In this document: one piece after another, positions 1 to 11,110 of the stretch
How positions within the stretch are numbered: position 1 is the first letter of the stretch
How the letters are laid out: the number at the start of each line of letters is the position of its first letter
Virus record (IMG/VR): IMGVR_UViG_3300043438_001221
From: a virus
Reading direction: 5' to 3' (one strand)
Length of the DNA stretch: 64,000 nucleotides
Translations under genes and position numbers: made by a program
Notes under the pieces: model-generated
Database searches by the model: none
Seen by the model: only the letters and a program-made list of their open reading frames with translations
Told to the model about the DNA's origin: nothing

Positions 1-1
1 G

Positions 2-925
2 GGGATCACCGATTATTTTGATGTATATCCCAAAAATTATATTTCCATTGAAAAGAGAAATGAGGATTTTGATGCCCAAGAGACATTCAAGGGTCTTCGT
101 TTTCAGGAATTCCTTCTGGATAAGACTATATTGTTCGATGATTTCATGGGATCGGTGTTTGGAACCCTGAGTTCTTCCTATGACACTCTTGGTAAGAAAA
201 TCTATGAAAAGATCACCAATTTCGTGGAGAATACCCAAGATGTGGACAGGGGGGAGATTTTTTCCCTGATTTCCCAAATGAAAATGACGGGAGTTGACAA
301 TGATGTGTTTGAGTCCAACCTTTTTACATATCCAGAGAAAATCAAGCGTATTCTAGATTTGGGATCAATCAGTAAAAACAAGTTGATTGGATATAATAAC
401 AAATTTAAGGAAAATTTTGATATCAAGGGATTTTCTTCCAAGGAAATCTTTGGAACCAATCTGGGAAATGAGATCAATACCAACACCTATATCATATCAG
501 CGGGAACTCCCATTGTCGCTCTGGAAAAGTTCTCTAACCGTTATGTGTTGCTAAACACCGAACAACCCACAGAATCAACTGGTTTGAGTGCTTATATGTT
601 ATCGGGATACAACACAAATTGGGGTTGGCCTTTGGTTCTTCCCGATACCTACCAATATTCCGATCTGGAGAAGTATTATCTGTTCTTTGAATATCAAGCA
701 GGGTATGAAAACACCCTTGTTGATAATACAATTGTGTATGATTACACCCTTTATGATAATCTCTCTTCCAAACATGTGTTGAGGGATGAGAATGGTGATC
801 CAATACTCACTGAGACATCCCAACCGATCTTTGAAGAGTTCGATTTTGATTATAATTCGGAAATGATGAACATTTCTCTAAGGGATACCCTATATCAGAG
901 CTTGTCATTGTATCATTCGCCTTAA
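2..925 (+). CDS. Putative virion structural (baseplate-region) protein, 5'-truncated by window edge
   Basis: Frame of ORF 131..925 is open back to position 2; leads a run of late-promoter structural genes. Confidence 0.55.
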   Translation, partial: GITDYFDVYPKNYISIEKRNEDFDAQETFKGLRFQEFLLDKTILFDDFMGSVFGTLSSSYDTLGKKIYEKITNFVENTQDVDRGEIFSLISQMKMTGVDNDVFESNLFTYPEKIKRILDLGSISKNKLIGYNNKFKENFDIKGFSSKEIFGTNLGNEINTNTYIISAGTPIVALEKFSNRYVLLNTEQPTESTGLSAYMLSGYNTNWGWPLVLPDTYQYSDLEKYYLFFEYQAGYENTLVDNTIVYDYTLYDNLSSKHVLRDENGDPILTETSQPIFEEFDFDYNSEMMNISLRDTLYQSLSLYHSP

Positions 926-934
926 ATAATACCA

Positions 935-3499
935 ATGACTCTAGCATCATTAGGTTATCCAAACATTCCCAAGTCCATCACCAATCCAAATGTGGTGGTT
1001 CGTGATGCTCTGGATGTGAATACCCCCCTTTCTTTCTTACAATTCATCAAAACGATGGATGTGTCTTTCAATCCATCCAAAAATCAAGATTATTACACCG
1101 CATATCTCAAGGCATGGAATTTCGTAAAGAATACCAAGACAGTGGACGATAATTCGGTGATTATTGAGCGTTATCGGGAATTCATTCAGGATGTCAATCT
1201 GGAATACACCACTTTGGAGGAGCAAAAGTTCCTTTCCAAGTTGGATTTCAACGATCCCCTCGACCTTGACATCGCAATTCCGTTTTATTCCAGAAAATTG
1301 ATTGAAATTTCGGAATATTACAATAAAAAACGGGATGAGTCCAAATTCCAAATCACCAAAAAGAGAATTTCGGGAACAAATTTTGGCTTGACCAAGGATA
1401 TCAAAGATATTACCATCAATTATCTAGAAAATCTTGATAATAGTAAGATTAATTATGACTTTTCCAATCTGAAAAACAATTTGGAAGTTGAAATTGAAGA
1501 ATTGTATGAAACATATCCTGAATACTTCAATCAGACTCCCAATGATCAGATATATGACAACAAGGATTTGGATTATGGGTTGGATATTTTCCTCAAAACC
1601 AATGCGGAACTCATTCCTGAAATCTTCGCGGGTGTATCCGCTCCCCTGATAGAACTGAAAGAAGGGGATTCCTTATTGGATAATAAAAGAAAATTGACGG
1701 AAAAATATATTTCCTCCAATTATTATTATCTTTCCACGGGTTCCACTGTATATGATTTTATTTCTGGTAAGATGTTGGACGCTGATAATCCGGCAGCTTC
1801 TTTTTTCAATACCAAATACCCCACAACAGCCTCCACGCAGAGAAAAGAGTTCAAAACACCCATGGAAATGGGGTTCTTTCGCCCCCACAAGCTTTCCATC
1901 CTCTTGATTGATGGTGAAAGACCTTCATATTCTTTCAATTTTGACAATTTAGAACCCAATACCATCTACTATTTCCCTGATCCTGATATCAGAGGTAATA
2001 ATGATGGTGTTCTTACGTTTGTGAACAACGATTTGTTCCTGAAACGCAACGATTCATCGGGAAAGGCCAAGAATCAACCGATCAGCGATAAAAGCGATTC
2101 CCAATATTATGGATATATCTCACAAACGGAGACTACACCATCAAAATATCTGGACAAGGTGTTTGAATCCGGTTATATTCAGGATGCCAAGGAGGACATA
2201 TATAACAATCTCTATGGGCTGTTCAAGAATGATGGAAGTTTCAAACAAACAATCAAAGTTGTGTCGGAAACTGAAAAACAATATTACATTCTGGATGGAC
2301 ACACATTCTATGATTTCAAATATGGGGAGGGATATTCATTCGATTATTCAACGGTTGATGATTCGACCTTCCAATACACAACCAGATCGGGATTATCCTC
2401 ATACACAGGAGGTTTCACCACTGATTTCTCCCGACATTACATCCTATTCGGAGGAAAATTCACGGACGAGTTCGTGTATCCTCCCGATTATTATCCAAAT
2501 TGCCAAATTCTGGAGGGTTACAGCGTTTTCCGAAATGGTATTCCAACAACAGACACCATATCATCTGATTTGAGTGGATATCCTCTTAGTGGCACTTACT
2601 ATTACTCCCGACTGATTGAAGGAGGTATTCATGATTCGTCACCCCTTCAAAGAGCCTTGGTCGATCCATCATATCCAACTCTGACTGCAAATGCAACTCA
2701 AGAAATCGTTCCGAATGAAACAACAACTTTCATGATTGATGGTGGCAAGGCAACCAATTCGTTGTGTGACACACCTTTCCAATTCCCATCCATCTATTAC
2801 GATCCCACGGTATTGCAATCCAGTGTTTACAATCTCTCATCTTCCCCGACTGAGAATTACTTCACAAGGTTGTCGTCCCATGGCACACTTTACGTTAGAA
2901 ACGCATACACCAAAGAGGTTAAACCACTTCAAACAACCTTCAGTTACCTCTCAACAACCCTGTTGAGTTCTGTTTATAACGAATTATCGGGTGTTTCCTC
3001 GTTCGAAGTGGTGGGAGACACCATGTTCATCCAAACCGATAACAATCTAATCGTTCAAAAAATCCTTTTTGATAATGGAGCTTTTGTAAATCCCAAGGAA
3101 TCCACATATGTTACATCGTTCAACGATAATCCTTACCAAAAGGTGTCCAAACGATTCAAGAAAAAGGATAAGGTGTATTACGCAAGATTGGATGTTGAGA
3201 CTTATCCAGTGGTGGGCAACAATTTCAAAATATATCCAACAATTTATGAGATTGATACCACCAAACATATTAGAAAAATCCATTCTGTTGGTAATTTAAC
3301 TAATTTCTATACAATATCGGGAGGGTTGAACACATACATCAATGCTGAAGAACCCGTATTCGCATACGACAATCGTTCTGATCAATATAACATATCATTC
3401 CTGATGAAAACAGTTGATAATCAATTTATCATCCAAGAATTTGATTTCAAATTGAATCCGTTCTCCATGATTAACCATAAGCAAATCAAACAACGATGA
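935..3499 (+). CDS. Large putative baseplate/tail structural protein (854 aa)
   Basis: Long ORF, TAAATA late promoter at 923-928, structural gene context. Confidence 0.55.
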   Translation: MTLASLGYPNIPKSITNPNVVVRDALDVNTPLSFLQFIKTMDVSFNPSKNQDYYTAYLKAWNFVKNTKTVDDNSVIIERYREFIQDVNLEYTTLEEQKFLSKLDFNDPLDLDIAIPFYSRKLIEISEYYNKKRDESKFQITKKRISGTNFGLTKDIKDITINYLENLDNSKINYDFSNLKNNLEVEIEELYETYPEYFNQTPNDQIYDNKDLDYGLDIFLKTNAELIPEIFAGVSAPLIELKEGDSLLDNKRKLTEKYISSNYYYLSTGSTVYDFISGKMLDADNPAASFFNTKYPTTASTQRKEFKTPMEMGFFRPHKLSILLIDGERPSYSFNFDNLEPNTIYYFPDPDIRGNNDGVLTFVNNDLFLKRNDSSGKAKNQPISDKSDSQYYGYISQTETTPSKYLDKVFESGYIQDAKEDIYNNLYGLFKNDGSFKQTIKVVSETEKQYYILDGHTFYDFKYGEGYSFDYSTVDDSTFQYTTRSGLSSYTGGFTTDFSRHYILFGGKFTDEFVYPPDYYPNCQILEGYSVFRNGIPTTDTISSDLSGYPLSGTYYYSRLIEGGIHDSSPLQRALVDPSYPTLTANATQEIVPNETTTFMIDGGKATNSLCDTPFQFPSIYYDPTVLQSSVYNLSSSPTENYFTRLSSHGTLYVRNAYTKEVKPLQTTFSYLSTTLLSSVYNELSGVSSFEVVGDTMFIQTDNNLIVQKILFDNGAFVNPKESTYVTSFNDNPYQKVSKRFKKKDKVYYARLDVETYPVVGNNFKIYPTIYEIDTTKHIRKIHSVGNLTNFYTISGGLNTYINAEEPVFAYDNRSDQYNISFLMKTVDNQFIIQEFDFKLNPFSMINHKQIKQR

Positions 3500-3978
3500 A
3501 CACCAAATTCCTATCATTGTCTTCAACAAACACCAATCAAACCATGACTTATTCGACAATCATGGTGGTTGATCATACCTTGTTGACATTATCGCTATCG
3601 GGAGCCACTGAACGGATTCTGCCAACACACCTAACCATTGATTGGGGAGATGATGTGGAGGATTTCTTCGAGAATGATATTTTACAAAACCAAAACATTG
3701 CATCGAACGTGTTTTCATCCCTTCTGATAAACACCTACACACACGAATACTTCCCATCTGCCATCTCCACAAGCCAAACACTGACAGCGACGGTTTCCCT
3801 TTATTATACCAATTCCGATATATCAACTTTTACCTTACCTTTATCAATAACCAATTATGATTATGCAACATCAGTTGGAGATGTTAGGCTTGTAAATACC
3901 GATTATTTGCAGAGTGGTTCCAAGATTCATCAGTTGGTGACGAATGAGGGTGGTTATCTATTGGAGCTTCGCTGTTAA
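3496..3978 (+). CDS. Putative structural protein, beta-rich (PKD/Ig-like)
   Basis: ATGA overlap with upstream gene; IDWGD...YTHEY pattern resembles PKD/Ig-like domains. Confidence 0.45.
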   Translation: MNTKFLSLSSTNTNQTMTYSTIMVVDHTLLTLSLSGATERILPTHLTIDWGDDVEDFFENDILQNQNIASNVFSSLLINTYTHEYFPSAISTSQTLTATVSLYYTNSDISTFTLPLSITNYDYATSVGDVRLVNTDYLQSGSKIHQLVTNEGGYLLELRC

Positions 3979-3986
3979 ATAATCTT

Positions 3987-6212
3987 GTGGCTATTTTGTT
4001 TGATAAATTATCCTCCTGCGAATCCGTTACACTTTCCTCAAATTTGGAGGATGTGAGGTTTCAGAATTTTTCAAGATATTACAACGGAGATTATACGTTG
4101 ACGTTTTACAAAGCTCTTTCGGGTATCGTTGATGTCAAAAACAAAAATTATACCAATTTCTTACTGACTAGAAACACCAAAATATCAACTATTCTGGAAG
4201 AAGAAAATCAAATTTTAAAATCCGATTCGTTGTTAACCAATCTTAATTTTGGGGGAAATTTCTTAGCATTCCAAAGAGCGGATACCAGAAGATTGGGATT
4301 GTCGGGCATCTACAACGAAAGTGAATACTACGGGAATTATAATTTCTCGACAAACGGTGATACTTTGTCCACAAATTTTATCATTACACTAAAACCCAAC
4401 AATGTTTGCAACATTTATCAATATTATGACTATAAGAAGTATTATTTGACTAGAGATGTTAATAATGAATTAAATTTCTATACCCAAAATTTGGGATTAA
4501 CTGCATATGATTTCAAATACATCTATTCCCGCCCAAACAAAGCGATATTCCTATTCCAAACCTTATCGGGAGTCCCCCACTTTGTCAGAAAATCGGGTAA
4601 TTTGCTGACATTATCACCATCCACATCGGCAAATAAAGCGAGTGTATATACAAACCCGATTTATCTAAGCAAAGATATCTATTCCAATTTTAATATCAAT
4701 TCCAACACATCTTATGTAGAATATGGAGATGATAATATTATACCAGAAAATGGAATACTGAAAGATTTGGAAAATAATTATCTTTTACATAGGGAAAATG
4801 ATTCAACTGATATAATCATTCTAAAGAACCAACTTACCCAAGATAACACATTCACATCGGGAAATACATTACTATCTTCTCAAGACCTGAAATTTTTCGT
4901 TGATGGTATGCGAAATTATACATCCATTTTCAATGATGTTGATACTGAAAAAGATGAGACTTTAGCTTTAAATTATGTCCTTTACAACAAATCATACAAA
5001 ATCCTTCCCGGATTGAATCGTTTTACATCACCTGATGATATGTCCCCATTCAGCAGGATCAACATTCACGACACGAAATTCGTAGAATCGGGAGCGTTTG
5101 GATATCCCACTCCTGAATATGCTGATAAGGTGTATCGTTCTGATATTTCAGTGGATTATGATGATGGGCAAACCTATCTATGCACTTGGTTATCGGGTTC
5201 CCCTCTTGGTAGTGATAAAGTGTGGGTTGATCGTTACTATTATCCCGATTTGATTGAAAAATCCTTGGCACTGGTGGGAGATAATTCATTCAATCCCACA
5301 TATGATGATGTTGTAGAGGAATTGGTAGCTGGAAATACATCAATACAGGACAGTATCTCATCTTTCACGGTGTTTGATAAAAAAAGTGATATGTTATTTG
5401 TCCCAAATGGAAAATATGCATATGAAAGGATTCAAGCAAAAGAGCCTGTAACCGATCCGGTAGTGATAACTCCATGTCAGTCTCTTCAAACAACAGGAAA
5501 CAATATCAATTATTTCAAACAATTGAATGATGCTGGAAAATTCACAGTCAAATTCTATTTTGAAGGTGATAGTCAAAATTGGAAATTCAAAAGCAAGCGA
5601 AATAATACTGATGGGGGACTCACGATTGACAAGAAAGGAAGTAATCTAATTTTTACGATGAGCCTTTACAATCCCGGATACCTTGAAACCATCAATTTCA
5701 CGGAAACCGTTAAATATAAACCATCCCAACGTAATTTTGTATGTGTTTCCATTGATGCTATTACAGGAAAATTATATTTCTTCCTAAACAACCAAATTGT
5801 GGGATATTACACTTTCGATATCTACCAATTTTATGGGAAAAGGTTGGTGTTTGGAGATTTTGTGTTAAATGATGTAGATATTTTCACCCAAAACACCTTA
5901 TCCAAAATTGGTATAACACCGGAATATATTTCAGAAAACCTCGCGTTCATAACTCCAATGCTCGATGGGGAATCTAAAATAGACCCAATTACAATTACTT
6001 TACCTTGTGGTATGAGAAACAGCACTGACACGATAGAATATCTTCAGAGTGTATGTAGTGATCAAGCATATAAATCAAATTTCGTCAACATATTCGTCAA
6101 GAACGTTGAATTGGAAGATTCTGATATGGATGGACTTCGTAATCGTATATCTTCGGAGATTGTTGATCGTTCCCCGATTACAACAGAGATAAATAATCTA
6201 ACTATACCATGA
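3987..6212 (+). CDS. Putative structural protein with possible LamG/ConA-like C-terminal domain
   Basis: GTG start 5 nt after TAAATA (3976-3981); NFVCVSIDAITGKLYFFLNNQIVG resembles LamG strands. Confidence 0.5.
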   Translation: MAILFDKLSSCESVTLSSNLEDVRFQNFSRYYNGDYTLTFYKALSGIVDVKNKNYTNFLLTRNTKISTILEEENQILKSDSLLTNLNFGGNFLAFQRADTRRLGLSGIYNESEYYGNYNFSTNGDTLSTNFIITLKPNNVCNIYQYYDYKKYYLTRDVNNELNFYTQNLGLTAYDFKYIYSRPNKAIFLFQTLSGVPHFVRKSGNLLTLSPSTSANKASVYTNPIYLSKDIYSNFNINSNTSYVEYGDDNIIPENGILKDLENNYLLHRENDSTDIIILKNQLTQDNTFTSGNTLLSSQDLKFFVDGMRNYTSIFNDVDTEKDETLALNYVLYNKSYKILPGLNRFTSPDDMSPFSRINIHDTKFVESGAFGYPTPEYADKVYRSDISVDYDDGQTYLCTWLSGSPLGSDKVWVDRYYYPDLIEKSLALVGDNSFNPTYDDVVEELVAGNTSIQDSISSFTVFDKKSDMLFVPNGKYAYERIQAKEPVTDPVVITPCQSLQTTGNNINYFKQLNDAGKFTVKFYFEGDSQNWKFKSKRNNTDGGLTIDKKGSNLIFTMSLYNPGYLETINFTETVKYKPSQRNFVCVSIDAITGKLYFFLNNQIVGYYTFDIYQFYGKRLVFGDFVLNDVDIFTQNTLSKIGITPEYISENLAFITPMLDGESKIDPITITLPCGMRNSTDTIEYLQSVCSDQAYKSNFVNIFVKNVELEDSDMDGLRNRISSEIVDRSPITTEINNLTIP

Positions 6213-7987
6213 CATCCTATTTTAAATTTACATCCGGTGAAGCATTTACCTTAAATGGTGTCGATTACTCTGGATTCTTTCACGTTGAAGATGGTGTTGC
6301 ATATACGGAACGAAATAAAAGTGTAACTTCTGAACAGCTTACACCAAAGAACACTTTCATTTCAGATTTCTATCTCAATAAGATGGAATTTGATAATCAA
6401 TTTGATTCTATCACAGAAGCATCTGATATAACAGCTAATGTTTTCGATGTTCTCAACAAGGTTGAGATGGAAAGATTATTATCCATCATCAACCAGAATA
6501 ATCTAATTGTTTTCAAATCTCTTGTAGTTAATAATCCACAAATCATCGATTTTACGGAAAATGATTCCCATTATTACGGATTGTCGTCAACGCCAATTGA
6601 CATGAGAGCAGACGATCTCATGCTTGGGAAGAAAAACATTTCCCATATTGACCCATTTAGGTATTCCCCTGAATGGTCTTTTTTAGAAAAAATCAAATAT
6701 GGCGCATTGTTTGTAAAATCCGATCAAACCTTCAAATATTTATGTTCGACGGGGTTTGAACTCTACACGCTCAAAGGATCATTCACCGATGAAGGTTATA
6801 TTGAGTATTCCGTGCAGGAATTGGAAATGCCCCAAGAAATTTATGGGATTGATTACGACGAATTTGAAAACAAAATAACAATCATTACTCTCGGAGAATT
6901 AATGATATATGATTCCATCAATTTCATCGAATGTGATACTTTAGTATTGGTGGATTCCATCAAATTGGGGGATGTTGATTCTGAGGTATTTAAATGGAAC
7001 ACCGAGAAAAAATTCAAGGACTTGATTGGGAAATGGGGTCGTAAATTTTATAATATACCTAAATTTTCAACAAAATTCATCCGATTTGGTAATAATTACA
7101 GAACATCTATTGAAAATGATGTTCTGATTCTTACAAATAAATATTCAACGGAAAAAGTTATTGAATGTAATTTACCATCAATTGGTATAGACACATTATT
7201 GGATGTAAATATCAGAGTCATTGATGATTATGTTATAATTTTACATCAAAAATCCAACAATTTTCACATCACATTTTTTGATCCCTTGGATATTGCGGGG
7301 AGCTTAAAAGATTTTCAAATATTTGAATTCAAACCCAGCGATAATTACCGAGTATTGTTCTCCAACCACGATTCCAATTTATTTTATTTGAATAGTGTAG
7401 CGCAATGTCAGACGCGCACAATCTCAAATCCCACTTATCCAACGGGACAAATGCGAGAAAGTAATCTGAAATATGTGAAAAAGGAAACATTCAGAAATTA
7501 TATACAAAAATTTGGAAATGGTAATTTGAAATGGAATACATTATCTCTGGATTCAAATTATTTCACAAATTATATGTTTGATAGTATCACCAAAGCCGAT
7601 AAAAATTATATATTTTTGCTAAATTCCGGTAGAATATATCCACTTCATCAAAAAATTCAAAATGCTTATTCACCAGCAATATCCTTAGATTTGATAAAAA
7701 ATTATAATGGTATTCGTTGTTCTGATACTTCCTTTGGGTTATTTTTCAATAAAACCATATCATATATATTAAAAGACATATTAACTCTTTATACAAACGC
7801 TACCAACTCCTATTCAATCGGGAAAAATGACATATTTCTCACAAAAATTCAAGAAATCACCTACGACACCAATAATCTATACATGAATGGCAATGAAAGC
7901 GTCAACGTGTTGGCAATACAGCGGATTCTAACATTATTGACAGACCTTCAGAAACAATTGGTAGTTAATTTAACATCCACTGAATAA
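6209..7987 (+). CDS. Putative structural protein (592 aa)
   Basis: Overlaps upstream stop; structural operon context. Confidence 0.5.
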   Translation: MTSYFKFTSGEAFTLNGVDYSGFFHVEDGVAYTERNKSVTSEQLTPKNTFISDFYLNKMEFDNQFDSITEASDITANVFDVLNKVEMERLLSIINQNNLIVFKSLVVNNPQIIDFTENDSHYYGLSSTPIDMRADDLMLGKKNISHIDPFRYSPEWSFLEKIKYGALFVKSDQTFKYLCSTGFELYTLKGSFTDEGYIEYSVQELEMPQEIYGIDYDEFENKITIITLGELMIYDSINFIECDTLVLVDSIKLGDVDSEVFKWNTEKKFKDLIGKWGRKFYNIPKFSTKFIRFGNNYRTSIENDVLILTNKYSTEKVIECNLPSIGIDTLLDVNIRVIDDYVIILHQKSNNFHITFFDPLDIAGSLKDFQIFEFKPSDNYRVLFSNHDSNLFYLNSVAQCQTRTISNPTYPTGQMRESNLKYVKKETFRNYIQKFGNGNLKWNTLSLDSNYFTNYMFDSITKADKNYIFLLNSGRIYPLHQKIQNAYSPAISLDLIKNYNGIRCSDTSFGLFFNKTISYILKDILTLYTNATNSYSIGKNDIFLTKIQEITYDTNNLYMNGNESVNVLAIQRILTLLTDLQKQLVVNLTSTE

Positions 7988-7995
7988 ATAACATT

Positions 7996-8601
7996 ATGGC
8001 ATTACCAAATTTAACCGACGAATTTGTAGCAGACAGCTTTTTTGGGGTATTACACACTTCAAATGTGCCTGTTTCTGGAGCAAACTTACCCCCTGTATAT
8101 GATGGGTTGGGTAATAAGACATCCCTTATTTTGGGATCAAATGGTAATGGTGCTTCAATTACAGGAACTCTCTCTGCTGATGGGTTGACATTGAAAGGTT
8201 TCACATCAATTATTGATTATATATATCCCATTGGATCGGTTCTATTTACCAACACCAGCACCAACCCGTCGGTAAGATTCACTGATACTACATGGGAGCA
8301 AACCGCAGAAGGTCGGTTTATAGTTGGAGTTGGTGTTGGAAATGATGGAATTGAATCTAAAATATTCGGGACTGGTAATACAGAAGGAACTTACAGCCAT
8401 ACTTTATCTGTCACTGAAATACCGCCCCACACTCATAGTATAACAGCGCGACCAGATCAATCATCCGTGGATTTTGATAATTCTGTTCAAGGGGGGTCTA
8501 ATGGCGATTGGACAGCAACCACAACCTCGACTGGTGGTGGTCAACCACACCAGAATACACCACCCGGTTTCGGTATGTATATTTGGCAAAGAACATCTTA
8601 A
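7996..8601 (+). CDS. Baseplate/short tail fibre protein (gp10 C-terminal/collar-like)
   Basis: YPIGS...WEQ..GRFIVG...HTLSVTEIPPHTH...GGGQPHQNTPP..YIWQRT motif set; late promoter 7985-7990. Confidence 0.75.
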   Translation: MALPNLTDEFVADSFFGVLHTSNVPVSGANLPPVYDGLGNKTSLILGSNGNGASITGTLSADGLTLKGFTSIIDYIYPIGSVLFTNTSTNPSVRFTDTTWEQTAEGRFIVGVGVGNDGIESKIFGTGNTEGTYSHTLSVTEIPPHTHSITARPDQSSVDFDNSVQGGSNGDWTATTTSTGGGQPHQNTPPGFGMYIWQRTS

Positions 8602-8607
8602 TATAAT

Positions 8608-9666
8608 ATGCCTGACATCTATATATCGAAAATTAAAGTTCGTAGAGGAACAAATGCAGAGATCAATTCAACACGTTTTGATCAGGGAGAACTTGTCCAT
8701 GCAACGGATTCCAAACGCCTGTTTATTGGTAACGGTGTATTGAGTGGAGGTAATCCGGTTTCCAGTAAAATTCATCCCCCTCTCAATAATTATTATAGTC
8801 TTAGCACCACGTTGGCGGAAGTTGGTGATCTAGTGTCCGTCAATTCCATATGGTATCAACTCACAGCAGCCCCTCATAGCAATGCTTCCAATTGGGGCAA
8901 TATGCGGACAAAATTCTCTTCCGAATTTGTATATGACACCACATCAACCGTCAATATGGCAGTTAGTGGGTTATCGGCATCCAAACTCAATGCCAACACC
9001 ATCACCAACGGTATTAAAATAGCGGGAGATAAACTTCAACTGGATTATAAAACCAATTTCTTCGAAATATCTTCAAATCAGCTTTCCATTAAAACCGGAG
9101 GTATTACAACGCGGGAAATTCTTTCGTCATCTTTTGCAAATGGATTGAGTGGTGGTAATGGAAGACCAATATCACTAACGGTGTCCCCGACAGATTTCAG
9201 TTTTAGTTCGGGTATTCTTTCCGCAAATTATAGTCGCATTTCAGCTTACGGTTTGAACACACAATCACATCTTCCGGTATCCGCCTATAATGCCCTCAGT
9301 GGACTTCCGGCTAAAGTTGGAAACATATCATCGGTTGACAGGGTGATCTATCAATTACAATCACTACCATCCACATCGTTATCCAACTGGGAAGCCATTT
9401 CCAAAGACGGATTGACCATTTATGATACCTTAACAGGTAATTCCACAAATAATTCCTTATCAGCACTCTTCAATGGTAGTCCATCCCAACTCACGGATGG
9501 TGTGGTTCCCGGCATACGACTAACAAGTTTCACAGCGTTGTCTTCCAACGGACTTTCCTCAGTATCTATCACATTATCTTCTGCTGGTTTTATCACATTT
9601 GCAAATGATATAACCGAAACCGGAAAAACCGTAAACAGATTCGCAATCCCAATCTTCACTTACTAA
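8608..9666 (+). CDS. Tail fibre-like protein with Mtd N-terminal-like domain
   Basis: KIKVRRGT...GELVHATDSKRLFIGNG N-terminal motif. Confidence 0.65.
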   Translation: MPDIYISKIKVRRGTNAEINSTRFDQGELVHATDSKRLFIGNGVLSGGNPVSSKIHPPLNNYYSLSTTLAEVGDLVSVNSIWYQLTAAPHSNASNWGNMRTKFSSEFVYDTTSTVNMAVSGLSASKLNANTITNGIKIAGDKLQLDYKTNFFEISSNQLSIKTGGITTREILSSSFANGLSGGNGRPISLTVSPTDFSFSSGILSANYSRISAYGLNTQSHLPVSAYNALSGLPAKVGNISSVDRVIYQLQSLPSTSLSNWEAISKDGLTIYDTLTGNSTNNSLSALFNGSPSQLTDGVVPGIRLTSFTALSSNGLSSVSITLSSAGFITFANDITETGKTVNRFAIPIFTY

Positions 9667-9667
9667 T

Positions 9668-10135
9668 ATGCACATTTCAATTACAAATGACACTCTTCTA
9701 AAGTTGCTTGCTCGACAAGGAACTGATGCAGAACGTTTAAATGTCCTTTTAAACTCTGGAGAATTCGCATTCACCACCGATACCGAACGTCTTTTTATAG
9801 GTAATGGTGCTGATAATGGTGGCGTTCTAGTTGGTAATAAATTCAAGGGATCAAATCCTGATATAACAATATTCTCTCCTTCTGAAATTGGAGATTTGGC
9901 ATATAATAGTGATTCAAATGTGCTGTATCGTTTAAAAGAGAATGAAGGTTCGTTGTTATCCGATTGGGAGAAAATCGGGGGTTCTGGTGTGACTAGCGAT
10001 ACCAATCAGGCTCTTGGGGGTGTTAAAATTGATAATTTAGTTCGTGTGACTTCTGCCGCATGGTCAACTTTGTCAGCTTCCAATGATCCAAATACTTTTT
10101 ACATTGTTTCCAATGTGAATTATATAATCACCTAA
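9668..10135 (+). CDS. Tail fibre-like protein, paralogous N-terminus to 8608..9666
   Basis: RQGT...GEFAFTTDTERLFIGNG motif; C-terminal DPNTFYIV fibre motif. Confidence 0.65.
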   Translation: MHISITNDTLLKLLARQGTDAERLNVLLNSGEFAFTTDTERLFIGNGADNGGVLVGNKFKGSNPDITIFSPSEIGDLAYNSDSNVLYRLKENEGSLLSDWEKIGGSGVTSDTNQALGGVKIDNLVRVTSAAWSTLSASNDPNTFYIVSNVNYIIT

Positions 10136-10145
10136 TCCATAACAA

Positions 10146-11099
10146 ATGATAACGTGGAGCCAAACTAATTCTGGGGGGGCGTGGCAAACCCTAAACAGCG
10201 GATACACCGTTGATTATAGGGTGGATGCTTCCGTGGAATGTGGAGGTGTTGCAGATACATACCAATGGGGTAGCTCCAATGGATATGTCACACTCGCCCC
10301 CGGAGACACCCTAACATTTGATTATTCAGTATCGGCTACTTTTGAAACCGCAAGAATCGGGATGGAGATTGCTGAAGTATATTTAGATGGTATTCCCGCT
10401 GATTATTTGTATAATAATGAAACTCTTCCTGAAACTTGCACAACTGAATTACAAACATCTTCCAACACCGTTTCATTCTATAATTCTTACGGTGTTGATT
10501 ACGATTATTATATAGATTTATCTTTCACCACTAGCGACGGTTTGTGGCACTCTTCTGATGTTGGGGTGATATTGGAAATAACAAATTTCACGATCACTCC
10601 AGAATCGACCACCTCTACCACACCATTCCCAACTACCACCTCTACCACACCATTCCCAACTACCACCTCTACCACACCATTCCCAACTACCACCTCTACC
10701 ACGACTACATTATCTGGGACTACAAGCACTACTACAACGTTGTCTGGGACTACAAGCACTACTACAACGTTGTCTGGGACTACAAGCACTACTCCCGATC
10801 CAAATACAAGCACTACTCCATCTGGATCGACTACCACAGAATCTCCAAGTGGATGTTGTGCGCCACCCCCAAATGATCCGATCATCAATCCTCCGATCAT
10901 CCCAAATTTCACAACCCTCACAATACCACCATTAGTGATTGGATTGATACCGCCAACATCATTGAATCCATTCACACTTCAAATCACGACAACCACCACT
11001 ACAATACCAAATACCACAACCACGACGACGATTGTTCCAAATACTGGAACAATCGCGCCTATTGAATGTGTGGGCTATTGTAAAAAGCTGGGATTCTGA
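10146..11099 (+). CDS. Thr/Pro/Ser-rich mucin-like putative virion protein
   Basis: Beta-rich N-domain, then (TTSTTPFPT)n and (TTSTTTTLSG)n repeats and a Cys-containing C-terminus; end of tail operon. Confidence 0.7.
   Translation: MITWSQTNSGGAWQTLNSGYTVDYRVDASVECGGVADTYQWGSSNGYVTLAPGDTLTFDYSVSATFETARIGMEIAEVYLDGIPADYLYNNETLPETCTTELQTSSNTVSFYNSYGVDYDYYIDLSFTTSDGLWHSSDVGVILEITNFTITPESTTSTTPFPTTTSTTPFPTTTSTTPFPTTTSTTTTLSGTTSTTTTLSGTTSTTTTLSGTTSTTPDPNTSTTPSGSTTTESPSGCCAPPPNDPIINPPIIPNFTTLTIPPLVIGLIPPTSLNPFTLQITTTTTTIPNTTTTTTIVPNTGTIAPIECVGYCKKLGF
10608..10793 (+). repeat. In-frame coding tandem repeats: 27-nt x3.4 and 30-nt x2.7
   Basis: accacctctaccacaccattcccaact at 10608/10635/10662; tctgggactacaagcactactacaacgttg at 10713/10743, partial at 10773. 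Confidence 0.95.
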
Positions 11100-11110
11100 T
11101 AATTATTGAC

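Noticed and set aside
8608-10135. Diversity-generating retroelement suggested by Mtd-like N-termini
   Set aside because: No reverse transcriptase or template/variable repeat pair seen in the window
10608-10793. CRISPR array
   Set aside because: Units are contiguous with no unique spacers and are in-frame coding repeats
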